The notes under the pieces were generated by a model that saw nothing but the letters and a program-made list of their open reading frames with translations, made no database searches and had not been told where the DNA came from. A DNA stretch of 64,000 bases from Gemmatimonadota bacterium (lineage in GTDB: Bacteria > Gemmatimonadota > Gemmatimonadetes > Longimicrobiales > Gaopeijiaceae), in assembly GCA_034521595.1 (NCBI GenBank), contig JAXHMG010000003.1:544001-608000 (forward strand), written 5' to 3'. How positions within the stretch are numbered: position 1 is the stretch's first letter; each line of letters begins with the position of its first letter. This document shows positions 53,817 to 61,694 of this stretch, piece after piece. Both the position numbers and the translations under genes were made by a program.

Positions 53817-54977
53817 ATGAATACGAGACACGCAAGAGCGGGCTTCGCCATGCCGGCCGCCATCGGCGCCCTGGTCATCATGGGCGCGCTCGTCACCGCC
53901 GGATTCTACATGGCCCGCCAGGAGCTCCGCGTCGGGGTCGCGAGCAACCACACCAACATGGCGGTCAACCTCGCCCAGGCCGGAGCCAACGAGATCATGG
54001 CCAACTGGAACGGCTACCAGCTCGGCAACGTGCCGGTATGGGGCGACACGACGATCACCGACACGACGGGTGTCGGCATCTGGACCGTGAACATCACGAA
54101 CACCAACAACGTCATCTACTATCTCGACGCGACGGGGGAGGTGACGCGGGGTGGAGACCTCTGGGCGGGCGCGACGCGTAACATCGGGCTCGTCACCCGT
54201 CTCATCTTCGCGGATATCGATCCGCCGGCGGCGCTGACGACGCGGGGTCCCGTGTCCGTGAAGGGGGGCGCGGCGATCATCGGGACGGACGACCCGCCGG
54301 CGGGTTGGTCCGGGTACTGCGACACGACGACCGATCATCCGGGGTTGGTCAACAACGATACCACGGAGGTGAGCACCACGGGCGGGGGTACCATCGACGG
54401 GACTCCGCCGTACGATCAGGACTCCACCATCGTCGACGAGACGTTCACCGAGTTCGGGGACATGGACTGGGACGAGTTGGTGGCGCTCGCACAGCTCGAG
54501 GGTAAGGACGTCAGCTCGCTCGGCACCAACATCAACAGCACGGGGCCGGCGCTGGACGGCGCCGGAAACTGCGACGAATCGGTGCTCACCAACTGGGGGG
54601 ACACCCTCCCGTCCGCGCCGTGCGGCTCCTATTTCCCACTCATCTACCATAGTGGGCCGACCTTGCGGATCCAGTCCGGAGGGATCGGGCAGGGCATCCT
54701 GTTGGTGGACGGGACACTCGACCTCCGGGGGAGCTTCCTCTTCTACGGCATCATCATCGTGCAGGGGTCCTTCGAGACGCAGGGGTCCGGAAACAGGATC
54801 GTGGGCGCGGTCATGGCGGGTAACGCGACCGTGGACGAGCAATCGATGGTTGGTGCTTCCGCGGTCCAGTACTCCTCCTGCGCGGTGCAGCGCTCGATCC
54901 TGAACAATGCCTCTCTGTCGAGAGCTCGCCCGCTCTCCGAGCGGAGCTGGATCGACCTGTCCAGCGTCCTGAATTGA
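53817..54977 (+). CDS. PilX-like minor pilin with a large C-terminal domain (set 2)
   Basis: RAG|FAMPAAI (no Glu5); AVNLAQAG; GQGILLVDGTLDLRG...YGIIIVQG. Confidence 0.78.
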   Translation: MNTRHARAGFAMPAAIGALVIMGALVTAGFYMARQELRVGVASNHTNMAVNLAQAGANEIMANWNGYQLGNVPVWGDTTITDTTGVGIWTVNITNTNNVIYYLDATGEVTRGGDLWAGATRNIGLVTRLIFADIDPPAALTTRGPVSVKGGAAIIGTDDPPAGWSGYCDTTTDHPGLVNNDTTEVSTTGGGTIDGTPPYDQDSTIVDETFTEFGDMDWDELVALAQLEGKDVSSLGTNINSTGPALDGAGNCDESVLTNWGDTLPSAPCGSYFPLIYHSGPTLRIQSGGIGQGILLVDGTLDLRGSFLFYGIIIVQGSFETQGSGNRIVGAVMAGNATVDEQSMVGASAVQYSSCAVQRSILNNASLSRARPLSERSWIDLSSVLN

Positions 54978-55080
54978 CCTCGTCGGGGCCGGTCGGGCTA
55001 TTGCGCGTCCGGCCCTGCGCCCCCATCATGGCGTCAAATGTTTACCAAATATTGAAATGAGACCGGAAGCCATATTCTTC

Positions 55081-55110
55081 TTGACAAGGCTCGACTTTCG
55101 GTGGTAAGCT
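55081..55110 (+). promoter_or_regulatory. Sigma70-type promoter upstream of pilM
   Basis: TTGACA-N18-TAAGCT with an extended -10 TG, in an AT-rich intergenic region. Confidence 0.6.
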
Positions 55111-55166
55111 GCACTCGACTTTCACGGGAAAACTCTCCTTCCCACTCCCTCGGATGAAGGCGGCGC

Positions 55167-56201
55167 ATGGGCCTCTTCGGACGTAAACGCTCCTCGATCG
55201 GCCTCGACATCGGCTCCGGCTTCGTCAAGGTGGTGGAGGTGGACCATTCCGGCGATCAGCCCGAGGTGGTGCGCGTCGCCATGCGGCCTCTCCTCCCCGA
55301 TGCCATCGTCGAAGGGGAGATCATGGACTACGGGCTGGTGTCCGACACGGTCCGGGGGCTCTTCCAGGAAAGCGGACTCGACGGTGCCGACGTGGTGACC
55401 GCCGTCGGAGGACACGACGTCATCATCAAGAAGATCGAGATGGACCGGATGAAGGAGGCGGACGCCAGGGAGGTCATCCGCTGGGAAGCCGAGCAGCACG
55501 TGCCGTTCGATATCAAGAGCGTGGAGCTGGACTTCCAGATCCTCAATCCGCATGACGACGGGATGCAGATGCAGGTTCTGCTGGTTGCCGCCAAGCGGGA
55601 GCTAGTCGACAACAAGGTCGGCCTTCTCGAAGATGCGGGCGTGTCCCCGCGCATCATCGATGTCGACGCTTTCGCGCTTCACAACGCTTTCGAGCACAAC
55701 TACCCGGATCACCGGGACGGCATCATCGGACTCGTGAACGTCGGCCACGAGACGACCAACGTGAACATTCTCGAGGACGGTGTCCCGATCCTCACGCGCG
55801 ACATCTCTTTCGGGTCGCGCAAGATCCGCGAAGATCTCCAGCGTGAGCGGGGTCTCACCGCCGAACAGGCCGAGGACGTCGTCCAGGCGCGGGAGGTGAT
55901 CGACGACCTCGAGCTCTTCGTGAGTCAATCGGCCGAGGAGATCGCGGTCGGAATCGAGCGTGCGAGCGCTTTCCTGATGACTCGTGACGACGGGGCATCG
56001 GTCGGACGCATCTTCCTGAGCGGGGGGGGCGCCCGGATTCATGGCATGGCGCGGGCGCTCGGAGAGCGTATGAATGTGGAAACGGAGCTCGTGAATCCGT
56101 TCGAACGCGTTCCGGTTCAGCCGAACGCGGCCGGCGGTTTCTCCATCGACGAAGCCGCCCCGATGCTGCTGTTGCCGCTCGGGTTGGCTCTTCGTGCCTA
56201 G
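55167..56201 (+). CDS. pilI/pilM: Type IV pilus assembly protein PilM
   Basis: IGLDIGS..VKVV, EAEQHVPF, VLLVAAK, LSGGGA and GLALR. This is PilM. Confidence 0.94.
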   Translation: MGLFGRKRSSIGLDIGSGFVKVVEVDHSGDQPEVVRVAMRPLLPDAIVEGEIMDYGLVSDTVRGLFQESGLDGADVVTAVGGHDVIIKKIEMDRMKEADAREVIRWEAEQHVPFDIKSVELDFQILNPHDDGMQMQVLLVAAKRELVDNKVGLLEDAGVSPRIIDVDAFALHNAFEHNYPDHRDGIIGLVNVGHETTNVNILEDGVPILTRDISFGSRKIREDLQRERGLTAEQAEDVVQAREVIDDLELFVSQSAEEIAVGIERASAFLMTRDDGASVGRIFLSGGGARIHGMARALGERMNVETELVNPFERVPVQPNAAGGFSIDEAAPMLLLPLGLALRA

Positions 56202-56219
56202 GACGAGGACGGCCGAGCC

Positions 56220-56945
56220 GTGATCGAAGTCAATCTCCTGCCGGGCGGCAAGAAGGGGACCGCGAGTGGAGGGCCGCTCGCGGGTCTCGCTAGCGCCTTC
56301 AAGGGACTCCGTGGAGGTGGAAGCGGAGGAGGAGGTGGTGGTGGCTCCTCCGTCGATCCGTACATGGCCTTCTTCGCCGTCGCCATGAGCATCACGATCG
56401 GCTACGTGGTTTGGGCGTATCTCGGCGTCACGGGCGAGCGAGAGGAGCTGGAGGTGCGCGTGGAGGAAGAGCGCCAGGATTCGGTGCGCTTCGCGGACCT
56501 CATCGAGCGCACGAACCTCCTTTCCGCACGCAACGACTCCATCGCGGAGCGGGTGTCGATCATTCAGGAGATCGACGCCGGCCGCTACGTCTGGCCGCAC
56601 GTGCTGGACGAGGTCGCCGCCGCGGTTCCCGACTACACGTGGCTTCGGGAGATCCTCTATGCCAGTGGTGACCCGGTCCAGGTTCGCGTGAACGGACGGG
56701 CCGGAAGCATCTATGCCGTCACGAACTTCATGCGTCGCCTCGAGGCGTCGTCGTACCTCCGGGCGGTCGAGATGGACCGGGCCGAGCAGGTGCCGTCCGA
56801 GGAGAATCAGGACGACTTGGTCTACGTGTTCGAGCTTCTCATGACGTACGAGGCACCTCCGTTCGACGAGATGGAGACGGTGCCGCTCTTCGATTCCGGC
56901 ACCGCGTCCACCCAGACGGCCGCACCGGCGCCGGGGGAGAGCTGA
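56220..56945 (+). CDS. pilN: Type IV pilus assembly protein PilN
   Basis: IEVNLLP motif, Gly-rich linker, TM helix, coiled coil and VP..TWL. Confidence 0.9.
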   Translation: MIEVNLLPGGKKGTASGGPLAGLASAFKGLRGGGSGGGGGGGSSVDPYMAFFAVAMSITIGYVVWAYLGVTGEREELEVRVEEERQDSVRFADLIERTNLLSARNDSIAERVSIIQEIDAGRYVWPHVLDEVAAAVPDYTWLREILYASGDPVQVRVNGRAGSIYAVTNFMRRLEASSYLRAVEMDRAEQVPSEENQDDLVYVFELLMTYEAPPFDEMETVPLFDSGTASTQTAAPAPGES

Positions 56946-56947
56946 CG

Positions 56948-57562
56948 ATGGCCTGGTACAATCCCACGGATCCGACGCAGCGGAACTGGATGGTGGCGGG
57001 TGTCGTCGCGCTCCTGCTCATCGTGCCGTTCCGGATGTACGTTCTGTCGCCCCGCCAAGTCGAGAACGATGAGCTGCGTGAGCGCGTCGAGTCCCTCGAA
57101 ACCCAGAATCGTCAGGCTTCGGTGCTGGCCGCTCAGGGTGGGGGGGACCTCGAAGAGCGCATGGCGCTCTACGAGCGGCACGTGTCCCGGCTCGAGGAGT
57201 TGATTCCCGCGGCGGAAGAGGTCGCGATCCTCGCGGACGACATCGCCAACCGGGCCCGGACGCGTGGGGTCGAGCTCCAGCGGATGGTTCCCGAGCCCCG
57301 GGAGCCCGGCACGTATTACGACCGGACGTCCTACAGCATGGCTGTCGTCGGTGAGTATCACAGCGTCGGCCGATTCCTCACGGACATCGCGAGCCTTTCA
57401 CGCATCGTGACCCCCATCGAGCTCGACATTCAGCCGTTCACCCAGGCGAATCTGTTCCCGAACATGGAGGCGCCGGTGCTCGCGACCTTCCGGATCGAAA
57501 CCTATGTGCTCCCCGATCCGGCCAATAGAGACGCCGAATCCGAAGCGGGGAGTGAGTCATGA
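56948..57562 (+). CDS. pilO: Type IV pilus assembly protein PilO
   Basis: TM helix, coiled coil, LIP..EEV and GEYHSVGRFL..IASLSRIV. Confidence 0.9.
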   Translation: MAWYNPTDPTQRNWMVAGVVALLLIVPFRMYVLSPRQVENDELRERVESLETQNRQASVLAAQGGGDLEERMALYERHVSRLEELIPAAEEVAILADDIANRARTRGVELQRMVPEPREPGTYYDRTSYSMAVVGEYHSVGRFLTDIASLSRIVTPIELDIQPFTQANLFPNMEAPVLATFRIETYVLPDPANRDAESEAGSES

Positions 57563-58053
57563 GTAAGCGACTGCTTCGAGGGCTGTTGATGTTGGCCGTG
57601 GCTCTGGTCGGGGCGCCGAGCGCCGGATCGGGCCAGGAGCCGGGTCCAGAAGAAGAGGAAGGTCCCCCTCCTGCCGAGGAGACCGATCTCGTCTTTGAGC
57701 GGGAAGTCTTCCAATACCCCTCCTTCGTCCGCCGGAACCCCTTCGTGCCGCTGGACGCTGCGAACACGGGAGGCCCGCGCTTCGAGCAGCTGAGCGTGAT
57801 CGGCATCATGTATTCCGAGAAGCCGAACGCCAGCGTGGCCGTGTTGAGCACGGGTGGCGTCGAGGTGGCCGACGACGGGACGGTCTCTCCCGTGGCAGGT
57901 GATGCTTACTACCTGAAGGTCGGCCAGCGTGTGGGGAACGTGACGATCGTCGAAATCCACCCCGAGCGGGTCGTGGTGGACGTGGAAGAATTCGGTCTGA
58001 CCGACCGGCGCACTTTGGCATTTCAATCCCGACGCGAGGGAGGCACCCAATGA
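57559..58053 (+). CDS. PilP-like protein
   Basis: Position between pilO and pilQ; Y....RRNPFVP, L..IGI and YYLKVGQRVG. No lipobox Cys. Confidence 0.65.
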   Translation: MSKRLLRGLLMLAVALVGAPSAGSGQEPGPEEEEGPPPAEETDLVFEREVFQYPSFVRRNPFVPLDAANTGGPRFEQLSVIGIMYSEKPNASVAVLSTGGVEVADDGTVSPVAGDAYYLKVGQRVGNVTIVEIHPERVVVDVEEFGLTDRRTLAFQSRREGGTQ

Positions 58054-59768
58054 CGTCGTTGTTCGCTCTGTGGGCGGGAGCGCTCCTGTCCCTCGGAGGA
58101 CCCGTCACCGAAGTGACGATCACTCCGATGGCGACAGGCACGAGCGTGTTCATCGCCGTCGACGGGGACGTCGATTACCGCGATTTCACCATGGAGGGGC
58201 CCCATCGCTTGGTGGTCGACTTCATGGATTCGCAGCATGCGCTTCCCCGAGAGAATTTCACTTCCGTTGAGCGCGGCGGGATCCGCGAGGTCAGCACCAG
58301 CCAGTACTCCGATGACGTGGTGCGGGTCGTGTTCGAGCTCGACGAGAAGCTCGGCTACTCCGCGGTCCGCACGGAGGGTGGTTTGTTGATCACGCTCGAC
58401 AACCGGGCGGGAAGCTTCGAGCCGTGGTCATCGGCCGGAGCGGTCTCCACCCGGAGTGTCGCCGAGTTGGCCCAACCGACGGCGCTCGCCGCGCAGGTCC
58501 CCGCGCAGCAGGAGGCCGAGCGGATCTCGATGACGTGGACCGCGGCGCCGATCAACGACGTGCTCCAGGCCTTCGCGGCTTTTTCGGGAAAGTCCATCGT
58601 GCCGGGCGCGAACGTCGAAGGGTTCGTGACCGCGACCATCAACGATCGGCCCTGGGACGTCGCGCTCAACTCCATCCTCTCGACGCAGGGGCTGCGTGCG
58701 GAGGAAGACGAGTACGGGATCATCCGCGTCGACAACATCAGCGACCTGAATGATCGCGAGCAGATCGAGCAGATTCTCACGCAGGCGCACCGCATCTCCT
58801 TCGCGACGGCGACCGAGCTCCAGACCGCGATCGAGCCGCTCCTGTCGGAACGCGGTCAGATCACGGTCGGTCAGGGGACGAACACCCTCATCGTCTCGGA
58901 CATCGAACGGGTGCAGAGTTCCGTCTCGGAGCTCCTCCAGCAGCTCGATGTCGAGACGCCACAGGTGTCCATCAGCGCGAAGATCATCTTCGTCGATCGC
59001 ACCGCCCTGGACGAGTTGGGGGTGACCTACGAGCTGAAGGATCGGGAGGGGAACCAGTTCAACGAGCTCTCGTCCGGGTTCGCGGACACGGATGGTGACG
59101 GTGTGACCGACCCCGTCGAGCAGGGGACGTCGGTGGTCTCCCTCGGGGGGAGCTCGATCGCGGCGCTCGGAAATGCCAACGCGAGGGTCGTGAACCCCAG
59201 CATCCAGTTCCTCACGTCGTTGGTGATCGGGCGGCATACCCTGATCAACTTCATCGACGCCCTGTCGTCCGTGAACATCAGCGACGTCCACGCGGAGCCG
59301 CAGATCACCACGCTGGATAACCAGGAGGCGGAGATCCACGTCGGTGAGCTGACCCCGATCCGAACGATCGACGCCGGCGGTGGCGCCGGCGGGGGGCAGT
59401 TCCCCACGGCACAGGTCGAGCAGCAGGAAACGGGGATCATCCTGCGCGCCACGCCCCACGTGACCAACGGCAACCAGATTTTGCTGGATCTCGAAGCGGA
59501 GCGGTCCGCCGCGGAGCTGGCCGAGTCCGACGCGGGCTTCATCTTCCGGACGCAGCGCGCGCAGACCCGAGTGCTGGTGCGGGACGGCGAGACGGTCGTC
59601 ATCGGTGGCCTGACGCAGAGCGAGCGGAACGAAGTCCTGACGGGGATTCCGGTCCTGATGGACCTGCCGTTCATCGGAGCGCTCTTCCGTGTGCGGCGCT
59701 ATCAGGAGTCGCAGCAGGACCTGATCATCCTGGTGACGCCGCATATCGTGCAGAGCTCGACGAACTGA
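58050..59768 (+). CDS. pilQ: Type IV pilus secretin PilQ with an N-terminal AMIN domain
   Basis: AMIN segments (PHRLVVDF, VRVVFEL); PWDVAL; TNTLIV.D; QVSISAKI; TLDNQEAEI; GETVVIGGL; GIPVLMDLPFIGALF; LIILVTPHIV. Confidence 0.94.
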   Translation: MTSLFALWAGALLSLGGPVTEVTITPMATGTSVFIAVDGDVDYRDFTMEGPHRLVVDFMDSQHALPRENFTSVERGGIREVSTSQYSDDVVRVVFELDEKLGYSAVRTEGGLLITLDNRAGSFEPWSSAGAVSTRSVAELAQPTALAAQVPAQQEAERISMTWTAAPINDVLQAFAAFSGKSIVPGANVEGFVTATINDRPWDVALNSILSTQGLRAEEDEYGIIRVDNISDLNDREQIEQILTQAHRISFATATELQTAIEPLLSERGQITVGQGTNTLIVSDIERVQSSVSELLQQLDVETPQVSISAKIIFVDRTALDELGVTYELKDREGNQFNELSSGFADTDGDGVTDPVEQGTSVVSLGGSSIAALGNANARVVNPSIQFLTSLVIGRHTLINFIDALSSVNISDVHAEPQITTLDNQEAEIHVGELTPIRTIDAGGGAGGGQFPTAQVEQQETGIILRATPHVTNGNQILLDLEAERSAAELAESDAGFIFRTQRAQTRVLVRDGETVVIGGLTQSERNEVLTGIPVLMDLPFIGALFRVRRYQESQQDLIILVTPHIVQSSTN

Positions 59769-59923
59769 TCGGCCGGTGGCGCGCGCCCCGGGGCGCGCGC
59801 CACTCGGTTTGAAGGAACGGGCCGATTCGCCATGCAAGCTGGCGGATCGGCCCGTTCTCGTGAGCCACGGTCGCGTTATAATGCCGCTCACCAGCTGTTC
59901 CGTACCGGTACCGAGAGGTTCTG

Positions 59924-61132
59924 ATGAAGCGATTCACCTTCCATACGGCCGGGGAGTCCCACGGTCGCGGGCTCGTCACCCTGATCGAGGGGGCTCCAGC
60001 CGGCTTGCCCCTGGTCTTGACCCGTGACGTGGATCCCGAGCTGGCGCGTCGGCAGGGCGGCTACGGGCGTGGCCGCCGTATGCAGATCGAGTCCGACCGT
60101 GCCGACCTCCTCGCCGGCGTGCGTCTGGGCGAGACGCTCGGTTCGCCCATCGCCATGGCGATCTGGAACCGTGACTGGGAAAACTGGACGGTCGCGATGG
60201 CCCATGAAGCGCCGCCGGAAGATGTGAATCCGAAGGCGCTTCGCCCTCATTATCTGCCGAGGCCCGGGCACGCCGACCTCGCCGGCGTGCTCAAGTACGA
60301 TCGGCGGGACGTCCGAGACGTGCTGGAGCGTGCGAGCGCCCGTGAGACCGCGGCCCGGGTCGCGGCCGGTGCGGTCGCCAAGCGTTTGCTCGGGGAGTTC
60401 GGCATCCGGGTGGGAAGCCATGTGCTGTCCATCGGAGGGGTGCGGACGAACGAGACCATCGAGATGCCGGAAGATCTCAACGCGGCGGCGGACGCGAGCC
60501 CCGTACGCTGTCTCGATGAAGCGACGGCCGACCGCATGATGGCCGAGATCGACGCGGCGAAGGAGCGCGGCGACACGCTCGGAGGGGTCTTCGAGGTCGT
60601 CGTGACGGGGCTGCCCGTGGGTCTCGGCAGCCACGTGTCGTGGGATCGTAAGCTGGACGGTCGCCTGGCGGGTGCGGTGATGTCGGTGCAAGCGGTGAAG
60701 GGGGTGGACATCGGGATCGGCTTCGAAGGATCCGAGCGGCCCGGATCGAAGGTGCACGACCCGATCGTGCCCGCGCCGGAGAAGACCCGCGCCGGTGGCT
60801 TTGGCCGGGTGTCGAACCGTGCCGGGGGTCTCGAGGGCGGCGTGACGACCGGGGAGCCCCTTTTCGTACGGGGTGCGATGAAGCCGATCGCCACGCTGAG
60901 GAGCCGCCTGCCCAGCGTCGACTTGAGGGATGGATCGGAAGGGGACGCGGCCGTGGAGCGGAGTGACGTGTGCGCCGTGCCGGCGGCCGGTGTGGTGGGA
61001 GAAGCCATGGTGGCCCTGGTGCTGGCCGACGCGTTCCTGGAGAAGTTCGGTGGTGATTCCCTCGGAGAGACCCGCCGCAATTTCGAGGGTTACATTCGAC
61101 ACCTCGAGGAGCGAGGATTCGGTGAGCGCTGA
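59924..61132 (+). CDS. aroC: Chorismate synthase
   Basis: TAGESHG, RRQGGYGRG.RM, PRPGHADL, ERASARETA, GGLEGG, MKPI and ERSDVC. Confidence 0.97.
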   Translation: MKRFTFHTAGESHGRGLVTLIEGAPAGLPLVLTRDVDPELARRQGGYGRGRRMQIESDRADLLAGVRLGETLGSPIAMAIWNRDWENWTVAMAHEAPPEDVNPKALRPHYLPRPGHADLAGVLKYDRRDVRDVLERASARETAARVAAGAVAKRLLGEFGIRVGSHVLSIGGVRTNETIEMPEDLNAAADASPVRCLDEATADRMMAEIDAAKERGDTLGGVFEVVVTGLPVGLGSHVSWDRKLDGRLAGAVMSVQAVKGVDIGIGFEGSERPGSKVHDPIVPAPEKTRAGGFGRVSNRAGGLEGGVTTGEPLFVRGAMKPIATLRSRLPSVDLRDGSEGDAAVERSDVCAVPAAGVVGEAMVALVLADAFLEKFGGDSLGETRRNFEGYIRHLEERGFGER

Positions 61133-61694
61133 CCTCGACGGCCGGCGGTCCGCCCTGCAGCGCGTTTTCCTGGTCGGATTCATGGGCTCGGGAAAGAGCA
61201 GTGTCGGTCGCCGGTTGGCGACCGTGCTGGGCTGGCGCTTTCTCGACTTCGACGAAGCTGTCGCAGCCGAGGAAGGCCTGTCCGTACCGGACATCTTCCG
61301 TACTCTGGGCGAGGCGCACTTCCGGCGTGCGGAGGCGCGCATCGGAAGGCGGCTCCTCTCGCAGGAACGGGTCGTGCTGGCGAGCGGTGGTGGGTGGGGC
61401 GCGGTTCCCGGACGCCTTGACGAAGTGCCGCCGGGGACCGAGACCTTCTGGCTCCGCGTCTCGCCCGAGGAGGCCGTTCGCCGTGCCTCGGACGGGCATG
61501 ACGAACGCCCGCTGCTTTCCGGCGGGGACCCGCTGGACGCCGCGCGGCGGCTCCTCGAAGCGCGGGAGCGGCAGTACGGCCGGGCGGGATCCGTGGTGGA
61601 CACGGACGGCCGCTCCGTAGAAGATGTCACCACCGAGGTGCTCGCGATCCTCGGTCGCAAGCACCCCGAAGTCACCCGAACGGAAGCCGAATGA
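61122..61694 (+). CDS. aroK: Shikimate kinase
   Basis: LVGFMGSGKSSVG, GEAHFR..E, SGGG and RPLL. Confidence 0.93.
   Translation: MSADLDGRRSALQRVFLVGFMGSGKSSVGRRLATVLGWRFLDFDEAVAAEEGLSVPDIFRTLGEAHFRRAEARIGRRLLSQERVVLASGGGWGAVPGRLDEVPPGTETFWLRVSPEEAVRRASDGHDERPLLSGGDPLDAARRLLEARERQYGRAGSVVDTDGRSVEDVTTEVLAILGRKHPEVTRTEAE

Noticed and set aside
56308-56350. GGA/GGT repeat run in pilN
   Set aside because: Encodes an in-frame Gly-rich linker with mixed codons.
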